A stretch of DNA of 64,000 nucleotides from Candidatus Poribacteria bacterium (GCA_965116925.1 OZ220744.1:4960001-5024000); one strand, 5' to 3'. Counted from the first letter of the stretch, positions 34,067-42,867 are shown. Notes: a model not told the origin generated them from the sequence alone. Program-made: numbers and translations.

Positions 34067-34691
34067 GAAGCCGTACATAGAACTTCTTGACAAGCCGATC
34101 CTTTCGCATACGATCGGCGTATTTGATCAAAGTACTGTTGTCGATGCTATCTTTGTGATTGTTGATGAAATGGATTTTGATGCTTGCCGATCTGCTGTCA
34201 TCGAACCGTACGACTTCCAAAAGGTTGCTGGGCTAGTCCCCGGTGGCAAAACGCGCCAAGATTCTGTCTTTAACGGCTTGAAAGTGCTGCCGGAGGATAC
34301 GGATTTCGTTGTCGTGCATGATGGAGTTCGTCCTTTTGTGACCGATGAAGTGATTTTTACCTGTCTCGAAGCGGCAGCAGATTGGGGCGCCGCAGTCGCC
34401 GCAGTCCTTGTCAAAGATACCATCAAAATCACCGATAAGGACGGATTTGTCGTCGAGACACCGGATCGGAGCCAACTTTGGGCGGTACAGACACCGCAGG
34501 TATTTCGGAGGGATGTATTGATCGAAGCCCACCGACATGCCCAGCGCAAACAGATCCAGTTGACTGATGACGCAGCGCTAGTCGAGCAGCTGGGGCTTAA
34601 AGTAAAGTGTGTCATGGGTAGCTATGGCAATCTGAAGATCACGACGCCGGAAGATCTGATTATTGCTGAAGCGCTGATGAGTGAGGGTTGA
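33996..34691 (+). CDS. ispD: 2-C-methyl-D-erythritol 4-phosphate cytidylyltransferase
   Basis: IPAAGRGSRMG, GG.TRQDSV, HDGVRP, QTPQ, TDDA and KITTPEDL motifs; the stop codon lies inside the adjacent IS end. Confidence 0.95.
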   Translation: MNQRTCVLIPAAGRGSRMGHHRTRKPYIELLDKPILSHTIGVFDQSTVVDAIFVIVDEMDFDACRSAVIEPYDFQKVAGLVPGGKTRQDSVFNGLKVLPEDTDFVVVHDGVRPFVTDEVIFTCLEAAADWGAAVAAVLVKDTIKITDKDGFVVETPDRSQLWAVQTPQVFRRDVLIEAHRHAQRKQIQLTDDAALVEQLGLKVKCVMGSYGNLKITTPEDLIIAEALMSEG

Positions 34692-34850
34692 CATACTCCC
34701 AAACCTAAAGGCTTGGGCTTCTCACCCGTTCCGTTAGGTGTGGAATTGCGCTATCAACAAGGACAGCTATCCGAAGATAGTCTTATGTCCTCTCCTTCGG
34801 GGGTAGATGCCCCTACCCTAAAGATATTCATTGCAGCGTTACGGTCTCTG
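34670..34850 (-). ncRNA. predicted omegaRNA/reRNA of element 1 (scaffold ends at 34688; guide CCCUCACUCAUCAGCG... comes from the flank)
   Basis: Known TnpB architecture (the RNA overlaps the tnpB 3' end and the right end); hairpins are visible; the 5' boundary is approximate. Confidence 0.6.
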
Positions 34851-35890
34851 TCATGCACTGTGCCACAATCGTTGCATTGCCATTGTCTATCACGCAGATT
34901 CAACGTTTCATTGGTAGTGCCACAAGTTGAACAAGTTTTACTGGAGGGATACCACTTGTCTATGAACTTGATTTTAACGCCTTTTCTCTTGGCGATATAC
35001 ACCAGCTTCTTGACGAAATCGGCAAAGCCTAAGTCAGACACTTTACGTCCCCAAAGGGATTTCATGCCTTGTAGATTCAAGTCCTCAAGCCGTATCTCGT
35101 CGTATATGTCAGTCAGTTCATGGGCTAACTTCCAGTGGAAATCCTCACGTTGGCGTTCAATCTTGCGGTGCTTCCGTGCCAAGTCAAGCCGTGCACGTTC
35201 ACGATTGTTTGATTTCTGTTTAGTCCGTGAATGTTTACGATTGGCACGTTTGATAGCATTGATACTACGTTTGAAAAACTGTGGTGAGTCTATATCATGT
35301 CCATTATGACCGGTGAGATACCGTTTGAGACCGAAATCGAAGCCTGCGATTTTACCCGTCATGGCTCGATTCAAGTCAGGTTCTACATGGTCAGTTAAGA
35401 CACAGATATAGATATCTCCAACTTTATCCCGTTTGATAGTGCAGCGTTTCGGATTGCCAAACACATCACGGGATTTGAAATAGGAGTAGATACGTTTTCC
35501 TATCTTGATGCGATTGCCCGGCAGCAGTTGCCAACCTGCCTGAAGCAATGTGAAGGATTTATACTTGCGACGGGGCTTGAAACGAGGTCTGCCCCATCTC
35601 TTGCCTGAAGCACGCGCTGCAAACATGGCACGGTAGCCTTTGTCAATCCGTGCTGCTACGTCTTGTATCGCTTGACTGGGGAGTTGATTCCAATGGGCAA
35701 ATCGGTGGGTTCGCTTCAGTTTGGAGATATGGTTTATCAACCTGAACTTGCTGATATATTTGCCATAGATAGCGTAGTAGCGACGCTGAAGGGCAACACA
35801 GTGATTCCAGACGTGAGCATGACCATCTATCGTCTTATGCAACTCACGATTGCCGTGATTGGAATACAACTTGAACTTATAAGTTTTCAT
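34754..35890 (-). CDS. tnpB: RNA-guided endonuclease TnpB
   Basis: KTYKFKLY N-terminus; RuvC-I GFDFG, RuvC-II LEDL, CxxC..CxxC zinc finger, RuvC-III DRDRNAA, all intact. Confidence 0.95.
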   Translation of the reverse strand: MKTYKFKLYSNHGNRELHKTIDGHAHVWNHCVALQRRYYAIYGKYISKFRLINHISKLKRTHRFAHWNQLPSQAIQDVAARIDKGYRAMFAARASGKRWGRPRFKPRRKYKSFTLLQAGWQLLPGNRIKIGKRIYSYFKSRDVFGNPKRCTIKRDKVGDIYICVLTDHVEPDLNRAMTGKIAGFDFGLKRYLTGHNGHDIDSPQFFKRSINAIKRANRKHSRTKQKSNNRERARLDLARKHRKIERQREDFHWKLAHELTDIYDEIRLEDLNLQGMKSLWGRKVSDLGFADFVKKLVYIAKRKGVKIKFIDKWYPSSKTCSTCGTTNETLNLRDRQWQCNDCGTVHDRDRNAAMNIFRVGASTPEGEDIRLSSDSCPC

Positions 35891-35906
35891 CGGAGACTAG
35901 CTTTCT

Positions 35907-35979
35907 GGCTTTCATTTCCTGTGTGAAGGAATGTGGGAAACACCACCGGGCGGTGGCGTCATACCTTCCCACGAAAGCC
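35907..35979 (-). ncRNA. structured 5' leader RNA upstream of tnpB (copy 1)
   Basis: Stems GGCTTTC/GAAAGCC, GTGGGAA/TTCCCAC, ACGCCACC/GGTGGTGT and TTCCT/AGGAA; covaries with the copy at 59696. Confidence 0.7.
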
Positions 35980-35985
35980 GAGACA

Positions 35986-36014
35986 AGTATACCACTTTTG
36001 ACCTACAAAATCAA
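35986..36014 (-). promoter_or_regulatory. sigma70 promoter of tnpB (element 1)
   Basis: TTGATT-17 nt-TATACT with an extended -10 TG; 6 nt upstream of the leader stem. Confidence 0.7.
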
Positions 36015-36094
36015 TGAGAAATCACGCTAAAGCGTGTGTATCCCAAATCTAAAGATTGGGGTTTTACACCTAAAGGATTTTTTGATAAACTACC

Positions 36095-36568
36095 ATGCGT
36101 GTAGGAATTGGTTACGATGTTCACCGATTGGGGGAAAATCGTAAATTGATACTCGGCGGGGTCACAATCCCATACGAGTTGGGGTTGATTGGACACTCCG
36201 ATGCAGATGTACTGACCCATGCCATTTGTGATGCAATACTAGGGGCAGCAGGGCTGGGTGATATTGGTCAACATTTTCCCGATACGGATGCGGCATATGC
36301 CGGAATTGATAGCTTAATCTTGCTCGGCAGAGTGAGGACATTGATTTCTGCAGATTACGCTATTGAGAACGTGGACAGCACAGTGATCATGCAACGCCCA
36401 AAATTGGCGGCTTATATTCCTTCGATGCGCCAACGCCTTGCCGAGACACTAGGGATTCCAAGCAATCGGGTAAATGTCAAGGCGACAACTTCGGAAAGAC
36501 TCGGTTTCATTGGCGAAGGAAAGGCCGCTGCCGCTGAAGCTGTTGTTTGTCTTCGTGAATTAAGGTAG
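36095..36568 (+). CDS. ispF: 2-C-methyl-D-erythritol 2,4-cyclodiphosphate synthase
   Basis: [31 protein letters not shown] and VKATT.E motifs. Confidence 0.98.
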   Translation: MRVGIGYDVHRLGENRKLILGGVTIPYELGLIGHSDADVLTHAICDAILGAAGLGDIGQHFPDTDAAYAGIDSLILLGRVRTLISADYAIENVDSTVIMQRPKLAAYIPSMRQRLAETLGIPSNRVNVKATTSERLGFIGEGKAAAAEAVVCLRELR

Positions 36569-36629
36569 GTGTTACTGAATAACACCTCGGTGCCCGATTG
36601 GATCGGGACCTAAATTAGAAAGAAAACTG

Positions 36630-38084
36630 ATGGCATTAAAGATTTATAATTCTCTCACAAGGCAGTTGGAGGAATTTGTGCCGTTACGTGAGGGAGAAGT
36701 TTTGATGTACAGTTGTGGGCCCACAGTCTACGATTACTTTCATATCGGTAACGCTCGCACGTTTCTAATTTCTGATATTGTTCGTCGCTATCTCGAATAT
36801 AAGGGCTATACCGTCACGTTGGTTCAAAATCTGACGGATATTGATGATAAAATTATCAATCGTGCCAATGAGCAAGGGATTGACACCTCTGAACTTGCTC
36901 AGAAATATGTAGATGCCTATTTTGAAGACTCAAACAAGCTAGGCATCCGTGCGGCTGACGTCCATCCGAGAGCGACCGAGCATATTTCGGAGATAGTTTC
37001 CCTGATTCAGACGTTAATCGACAAGCAAGCAGCTTACGAGATCGATGGGGACGTATATTACCGCGTCAATCACTTTGCGGAGTATGGCAAGCTCTCTCAT
37101 CGCAAGCCAGAGGATTTGCTTGCCGGTGCTCGCGTCGAAGTTGATGAACGCAAGGAGGATCCGCGAGACTTCGATCTCTGGAAAAAATCAAAAGCGGAGG
37201 AACCGTGGTGGGATAGCCCTTGGGGGAAGGGCAGACCGGGTTGGCATATCGAGTGTTCCGCCATGGCGATGAAACACCTCGGTGAAACGATTGATATTCA
37301 TGCCGGTGGGCATGACCTCCAATTCCCACACCATGAAAACGAGATCGCCCAGAGCGAGGTGGCGACTGGCAAAACCTTTGCCCGATACTGGATGCATGTG
37401 GCATTTTTGCAGATTGATGGGCGACGGATGGGTAAGTCAGAAAGCAATTTCATCTTTGTCCACGATGCTGTGCAGCAATATGCACCTGAAGCAATTCGCC
37501 ATTTTCTGATTTCCGCGCAGTATCGCCATCCGTTAGACTATAACTCAACGAGCTTGACTGAATCGAGCAGTGCGGTTCGACGGTTGAATAATTGTCTGGA
37601 TGCCCTACGACGGTATCGAGACGCGGACGGGGCTGCCTCTGAGGCGTTGAACGACGCTGAAGCTGCACACTTGTCCCAATCCATCCATACGATGCGTCAC
37701 GACTTTGAATCTGCAATGGATGACGATTTCAATACCGCTGGTGCATTGGGGGCGATCTTTAAGTTCGTCGGCGAGGTGAATCAGTTTCTCACCGCAACCG
37801 AAGGTCTTTCTTCGGTTGAGAGAGAAAGCGTTTTAAGTCGAGCATACAGCAGTTTGGTTGAGGTCTGTAGTGTGCTTGGCATATACGCGGAGGCGGAAGT
37901 TGCTAGCGATGAACATGCAGCGTTGACAGAGCAACTGATGGATCTCATTTTGGAGGTGCGTCAGGACGCTAGGGAACGCAAGGATTGGGCAACGGCGGAT
38001 AAAATCCGCGATCAGCTAGAGCAACTCAACGTTGAACTTCAAGATAGTCGGGCTGGAACAACTTGGAAGATTACCAAAGGGTAG
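36630..38084 (+). CDS. cysS: cysteine--tRNA ligase
   Basis: CGPTVY, HIGN, GRPGWHIECS, FPHHENE, RMGKS (a KMSKS variant) and DDFNT motifs. Confidence 0.98.
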   Translation: MALKIYNSLTRQLEEFVPLREGEVLMYSCGPTVYDYFHIGNARTFLISDIVRRYLEYKGYTVTLVQNLTDIDDKIINRANEQGIDTSELAQKYVDAYFEDSNKLGIRAADVHPRATEHISEIVSLIQTLIDKQAAYEIDGDVYYRVNHFAEYGKLSHRKPEDLLAGARVEVDERKEDPRDFDLWKKSKAEEPWWDSPWGKGRPGWHIECSAMAMKHLGETIDIHAGGHDLQFPHHENEIAQSEVATGKTFARYWMHVAFLQIDGRRMGKSESNFIFVHDAVQQYAPEAIRHFLISAQYRHPLDYNSTSLTESSSAVRRLNNCLDALRRYRDADGAASEALNDAEAAHLSQSIHTMRHDFESAMDDDFNTAGALGAIFKFVGEVNQFLTATEGLSSVERESVLSRAYSSLVEVCSVLGIYAEAEVASDEHAALTEQLMDLILEVRQDARERKDWATADKIRDQLEQLNVELQDSRAGTTWKITKG

Positions 38085-38197
38085 AAACTGAAAGTGATCA
38101 GGTGTGAGAGTGAGAAAGTGAGAAAAACAGGTTCCGATTTATCGGATGAGCACCTTACGCATTAAGTATTACGCACTGTTTTTTCGGGGGTATAGCG

Positions 38198-38812
38198 ATG
38201 AATCGTTATTTGGGGTTATTATCCATCTGTCTTTATTTTTTAGCAATGCTTGGTTGTGCCATTGTAGCGAAACAGGAGTGGAGCGAAAATTATGCTTCGA
38301 TAACAGGGGTAAGGGCAACGAACGCAAGGATGATTGACGGCAATATCAGAACGTTTGGGGAAACGGCGTTTCGTGAAGGTTCACAAGACAATTTCGGTCC
38401 TGCTCCCACCTCACAAGCAATCGTCATGCTCCCCGAAAGAAAGGTGATTCGCCGAGTCGTCATTCATTCGGACAATTTGAAGAAATTCACTGTATATGCG
38501 GATAAAGGGAGCGAGGATTGGCAAGTCGTCAAAGAGGTTAATAATGTCAAAACCAATCCAATTGACTTGTCAGTGAATGCACCATTCCCCACGGACAAAA
38601 TCCGTATCCGCGTGCTCGGCACAACCGACGATGCCTCACTGCGTCGGGGTCAACGGAGACGGAACTTCTGGGCGAGCGGAAATCGCCGGGCACCAGCCAA
38701 GATTTACGAAATTGAACTATACGGTTATCAGGCAGCGACAGCAGCAGATGCGGAAGAACCAATGGGATCGCAGGATCAAAGCGAAGCAGAGCTTGATCAA
38801 CTGTTGAAATAG
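38198..38812 (+). CDS. hypothetical lipoprotein, discoidin/galactose-binding-like fold
   Basis: MLGC lipobox; MIDGN, LPERKVIRRVVI, TDKIRIRV and EIELYG motifs. Confidence 0.7.
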   Translation: MNRYLGLLSICLYFLAMLGCAIVAKQEWSENYASITGVRATNARMIDGNIRTFGETAFREGSQDNFGPAPTSQAIVMLPERKVIRRVVIHSDNLKKFTVYADKGSEDWQVVKEVNNVKTNPIDLSVNAPFPTDKIRIRVLGTTDDASLRRGQRRRNFWASGNRRAPAKIYEIELYGYQAATAADAEEPMGSQDQSEAELDQLLK

Positions 38813-38827
38813 GATTAATAGGGATGA

Positions 38828-38870
38828 GGGGTGATGGACAGATTATCACGCCCCATGTTCTGCGTTTTTT
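38828..38870 (+). terminator. putative terminator hairpin
   Basis: ggggtgat...atcacgcccc followed at some distance by a T-tract. Confidence 0.4.
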
Positions 38871-38875
38871 AACTA

Positions 38876-38980
38876 TAGTGAATTCTAAAAATCAATAGTC
38901 TTTTGTACCACAATCTGTCAGATTGTGATCCAAATCCGCAAACTAACAGTTTGCGCTACAGTGTCTAGTTAATTCTAAAA
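38876..38980. repeat. inverted REP pair (REPIN-like) flanked by 15-bp direct repeats
   Basis: gtaccacaatctgtcagattgtg (38905-38927) and cgcaaactaacagtttgcgctac (38937-38959); TAGT(G/T)AATTCTAAAA at 38876 and 38966. Confidence 0.6.
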
Positions 38981-39004
38981 TCTGCCATACAAAGGAGGCA
39001 AAAT

Positions 39005-39604
39005 ATGCGTTTTATAGGAGTAACTTTTCTAATACTAGGGTTAGTTTCCACGCTAGGGTGTTTGGGGCCAAGTGGTCCTCCGATACAGTGGAGTCAGAAC
39101 ATCGCTCCGTTTGCGGAGTGTCAGGATCCAAAACTGAATGATGATAACGCATTTTCAGTTGGGGAAACCTCAAGGCTCATTATTGAGAAACAGACGATGC
39201 TCACCAAGGCAGACCAAGAAGAAGAGGAGAACTTTACGCAGGCAACGCTTACATGGGCGAAACCACAAACCATTCAGCGCATCGTTGTGGTAGCAGATAA
39301 AGGGAAACTTGAATTCTTCGAGGTCCAAATTGGAGACGAATCCGGGGAATGGAAAACGATTAGAAGTGTTAAGAATCACTATCAAGACCAGTTCAAGCTA
39401 CAGTTACCGGAGCCGATTCAGACCCAAAAGTTGCGCCTAAAGGTCCCCAAAAAATGGGAATCCCGGCGTGTGGGCGGGCAGAAACGCAGAACCAGAGGCG
39501 AAGGCGGTGCAGAGGTTGACATTTTTAAGCCGATTCGCGATATTCAAGTATACTATGCCTTGCCGCCCGAAGAAACGGCAGCACAGCCCGCAACAGGACA
39601 GTAA
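39005..39604 (+). CDS. hypothetical lipoprotein, paralogue of 38198
   Basis: TLGC lipobox; QWSQNIA, IQRIVV, TQKLRLKV and DIQVY motifs; GGAGG RBS. Confidence 0.7.
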   Translation: MRFIGVTFLILGLVSTLGCLGPSGPPIQWSQNIAPFAECQDPKLNDDNAFSVGETSRLIIEKQTMLTKADQEEEENFTQATLTWAKPQTIQRIVVVADKGKLEFFEVQIGDESGEWKTIRSVKNHYQDQFKLQLPEPIQTQKLRLKVPKKWESRRVGGQKRRTRGEGGAEVDIFKPIRDIQVYYALPPEETAAQPATGQ

Positions 39605-39616
39605 AATTCGTAAATT

Positions 39617-40804
39617 ATGCTATCCGCTGATACGAAAAGTCTTATTCATCTCAACCTGATTCCGGGTATCGGAAATCATACCATCCGGCGCCTGTTAGCG
39701 GCTTTTGGATCTGCGGAGAAATCGCTTGCTGCAACATCAGCGGAGTTAGCCCAGATTGATGGGTTGACTCCCGATGTTCGGCAACAGCTGATTGATGGTA
39801 GATCGCACGCTCCCCTCGCGCAGGAACTTCAACTGATCGAGCAGCATCAATGTCACATCGTCACTATCAACGACGAATCCTACCCACCCCTCCTCAAGCA
39901 GATTCACGACCCACCCGTACTGCTCTATATCATCGGCGAATTTCCTCTACAGGACACACCGAGCATCGCAATCGTTGGATCGCGCAGCCCGACTGAATAC
40001 GGCAAAACGATAAGTCAGCAACTCAGCCATCAACTCGCAGAACGCGGTATAACCGTCGTGAGCGGATTTGCCCGCGGTATTGATACCTATGTGCATCGTG
40101 GTGCCCTTGAAGCCAACGGGCGTACGGTCGCTGTGTTCGGATGTGGGTTGAGTATTATCTACCCGGAAACGAATCGGGAGCTTGCAGCGGAGATTATTAA
40201 ATCCGGTGCATTGGTTTCCGAGTTTCCAATGACGATGCCACCTCGTGGAAAAAACTTTCCCCGCCGCAATCGCGTGATTAGTGGCTTAACATTGGGCACA
40301 CTTGTTGTTGAGGCGTCCGAGCGGAGCGGCTCGCTCATCACAGCGCGCCACGCCGCCGAACAGGGACGCGAGGTGTTTGCTGTGCCGGGGCAAATCTTTT
40401 CCGGGGTGTCACGAGGCACCCATTCCCTTATCAATCAAGGGGCGACGTTGATTAATAGCGTTGATGATCTACTTGATGCGCTACCCCAAGACTACACGAA
40501 GGTCTTGGCAGGGGAATCGCTCGAACCAACCCTCCAACCGCCTTCCGCAAAACAACCCGACACAATTGCCCGCCCTCAATCGGTCGAAAAAAGATCGACA
40601 CCCACCCCTCAGCCGAAGGCGAACCTCAATCTAACTCCCGATGAACAGACTGTGTTGTCGGCAATGGATGCCGATAGCGTCCATATTGATGAGATTACGC
40701 GGGTAACGCAGCTGCCGATCGGTAAGGTTTCTTCGCTGCTGGTCATGCTTGAGTTGAAAGGGGTTGTTCAGCAGTTGCCGGGGAAGCAGTTTGTGAAGAA
40801 ATAG
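39617..40804 (+). CDS. dprA: DNA-processing protein DprA
   Basis: YP.LLKQI.DPP, AIVGSR, VSGFARGID, FPRRNR and SGSLITA motifs; C-terminal wHTH LELKG. Confidence 0.96.
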   Translation: MLSADTKSLIHLNLIPGIGNHTIRRLLAAFGSAEKSLAATSAELAQIDGLTPDVRQQLIDGRSHAPLAQELQLIEQHQCHIVTINDESYPPLLKQIHDPPVLLYIIGEFPLQDTPSIAIVGSRSPTEYGKTISQQLSHQLAERGITVVSGFARGIDTYVHRGALEANGRTVAVFGCGLSIIYPETNRELAAEIIKSGALVSEFPMTMPPRGKNFPRRNRVISGLTLGTLVVEASERSGSLITARHAAEQGREVFAVPGQIFSGVSRGTHSLINQGATLINSVDDLLDALPQDYTKVLAGESLEPTLQPPSAKQPDTIARPQSVEKRSTPTPQPKANLNLTPDEQTVLSAMDADSVHIDEITRVTQLPIGKVSSLLVMLELKGVVQQLPGKQFVKK

Positions 40805-40822
40805 ATTTATGAGCACAAAAAG

Positions 40823-40858
40823 GCGGTATCATACCCGTAAAAAAGGGTGTGATACCGC
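40823..40858. terminator. hairpin between convergent genes, likely a bidirectional terminator
   Basis: gcggtatcataccc-gtaaaaaa-gggtgtgataccgc, preceded by an A-tract. Confidence 0.6.
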
Positions 40859-40884
40859 AATTACTAATTGATTTTTCTTATAGA

Positions 40885-41889
40885 TTAAGGGATGCGAGGG
40901 ATTGGATAGCTACCAATCCCCCGGTGATGGTGTAAGTTAGACTTAATCTCCCCCCAACGCGTTGGAACCAGTCCCTGCGGTGCAACCGGCAACCGTGGAT
41001 CCCATTCGTGAGGAGCAAAATCGGTAGCAGGACTATCCGTCAATTGTATCAACTCGTGTGTATCGAGCCGGAAACGGTAAATATCCCAATTCCCAATTTT
41101 ACCCGTTATAATGATAGATTTTCCGTCCGCGCCCCACCCGTGACCATCGGCAGCCAATAGGCGACCGGGAGGCAAAACCACCGGCTCAAACTTAATCACT
41201 TCACGATTTGACAAATGAAGTGTCGCAATGACCATAGAATACTCAAAAGCGACATCAGCAGCAAGTGGTTTCGTGATGACCGTATACAGAATCTTTTTCC
41301 CATCCGGCGACCACCCGCCCAGACGCATCGTCGAGCGGGGTACCGTTTTTGACACCTGCCATCGGTTCGTGCCATCTGCATCAATAACAAAGACCTCCCG
41401 GTTCCCGCCTAGAACCCCCTCAAAGGCAATCCGTTCGCCATCGGGTGACCACCTCAGTTTTGCGATAAATTCCGCCTGCGTTACCAACCGGAGGTTATTT
41501 CCATCCAGGTCCATTGTATAAATGCTAGTAATATCCGCACCATCTCGTCCACTACGAAACGCAATTCGTGTTCCGTCGGGGTACCAGTGGGGATAAGCAT
41601 CCAAAGCGAGATGATGGGTCAATCTCCGTTGATTGCTCCCATCGGCATCCATTACATAGACCTCCCAGTTTCCATCCCGATTGCTATCGAACGCAATCTG
41701 TTGACCGTTGGGAGACCAGGTAGGCCAACCATCGCCACCTTCATTGAACGTGAGCCAAGTTTGGTGACTACCATCTGAGTTCATCGTGTAGATTTGAGCG
41801 TTTCCATCCCGCTTAGAATAAAATACAATTTTGCCCCAAAGGGGACTCGTGGCAAGCCATAAGCAAGCCACGAGAGTGAATAGTCTCAA
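40885..41889 (-). CDS. TolB-like PD40 beta-propeller with a C-terminal V.P....T.WG.IK motif
   Basis: WSPNGQQIAF, WYPDGTRIAF and WSPDG repeats; signal peptide; PVAPQGLVPTRWGEIK; GGAGG RBS. Confidence 0.88.
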   Translation of the reverse strand: MRLFTLVACLWLATSPLWGKIVFYSKRDGNAQIYTMNSDGSHQTWLTFNEGGDGWPTWSPNGQQIAFDSNRDGNWEVYVMDADGSNQRRLTHHLALDAYPHWYPDGTRIAFRSGRDGADITSIYTMDLDGNNLRLVTQAEFIAKLRWSPDGERIAFEGVLGGNREVFVIDADGTNRWQVSKTVPRSTMRLGGWSPDGKKILYTVITKPLAADVAFEYSMVIATLHLSNREVIKFEPVVLPPGRLLAADGHGWGADGKSIIITGKIGNWDIYRFRLDTHELIQLTDSPATDFAPHEWDPRLPVAPQGLVPTRWGEIKSNLHHHRGIGSYPIPRIP

Positions 41890-41902
41890 GTTTACACCTC
41901 CT

Positions 41903-42214
41903 TTATAATACCCTAAATTCTATAGACTTGATACTGCGCTTATTTTTTCTCGGCTTACCTTCCGGGGGCTTTGTGAGTTCGGTACTACCCCGGTACATCG
42001 TGACCTCCGTATACGCCGTGATACGGTAAGTGCCTGCACCAGGCAAGTCAACACTTGAGTATCCTTGCTTAGTCAACTGTTGATCCCCGTGCCTTCTTGT
42101 TGCAAACCTAAAAGTTCGGAAAGTCGTATCGTGCAGGGGGACGTCAAGAGTATCACCGGTTACTACATGGCTCCACTCCCAATCGCCATTGATTCCATTA
42201 CATAAGCCAATGAC
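41903..42214 (-). pseudogene. 5'-truncated ORF remnant (about 103 codons, no start codon at its 5' end)
   Basis: Open frame VIGLCNGINGDWEWSHVV...GTYRITAYTEV...SIEFRVL*, whose stop abuts the RBS of the TolB-like gene; an in-frame TAA lies just upstream. Confidence 0.45.
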
Positions 42215-42535
42215 TTAAATGAGGGATTACACAGTTAAAACTTCGGACGAAAAACGTCACCCCAAAGTTGATTTCTAAGTTTAATCGGTGTTGCTGTGTT
42301 TGCTATACACATAAGGATTATCGTTTTATGCTTCTCTTTTTTTATACCTTCGCGGTCAGTTTAAAATAAAGGCCCGTATTGCGTCTCATTATACCGAAAC
42401 GTCGTAATCGTCTCAAGCAACAAAGGGATCCGCATGAAAATCATTGATGTTCGGGCAACTTTTTGGTAAACTTAGGGGTGGATTCATATAGAACAAAGTG
42501 GTGACTTCTGAATTACCCTAATATGGAGGTTGACA

Positions 42536-42856
42536 ATGCAATGGATTTCTCGCTGGCTCAAACCCGGCGAAACTGCCGATATTGATGCGTTGGAGAGTCA
42601 GTTACATTCGGAAGGTTTTGGTGCGTATCAGTGGAAAGGAACGCCCGGTGCCGCCTATCTGGACTATATCCACACACAGGAGGAGGTAGTCTGCGTGTTG
42701 TCGGGCAGAGCCGATGTATCGGTAGGAGATGAGCGTAGACAAATCCAAACTGGGGATCGCGTGGATGTGCCAGCTAATACTTATCACTCCATTACGGTGA
42801 CGAGCGAGGAACCACTAATTGTGCTAACTGGTATGCGTCATCAACATGAAACGTAA
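42536..42856 (+). CDS. cupin-domain protein
   Basis: H...EVVCVLSG and GDRVDVPANTYH motifs. Confidence 0.8.
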   Translation: MQWISRWLKPGETADIDALESQLHSEGFGAYQWKGTPGAAYLDYIHTQEEVVCVLSGRADVSVGDERRQIQTGDRVDVPANTYHSITVTSEEPLIVLTGMRHQHET

Positions 42857-42867
42857 GGAGAATAATC

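Larger units (their letters stand above)
34688..36084 (-). mobile_element. IS200/IS605-family element, tnpB only (no tnpA)
   Basis: Minus strand: left end follows TTAT and begins CAAAAAATCC...AAAA-CCCCAATCTTTAGATTTGGG (hairpin); right end GAAG-CCCAAGCCTTTAGGTTTGGG-AGTATGTCAA. Removing the element restores a clean ispD-ispF junction. Confidence 0.88.

Noticed and set aside
34713..35309. Long antisense ORFs opposite the tnpB genes (also 60231-60980, 12349-12921) and other shadow ORFs
   Set aside because: They overlap well-supported genes on the other strand and have no domain signatures; none has the HUH/Y1 motif of TnpA.
35907..35979. tnpB leader RNA as a tRNA or hammerhead ribozyme
   Set aside because: It is tRNA-sized but has no T-loop or D-loop consensus or anticodon arm, and no CUGANGA core.
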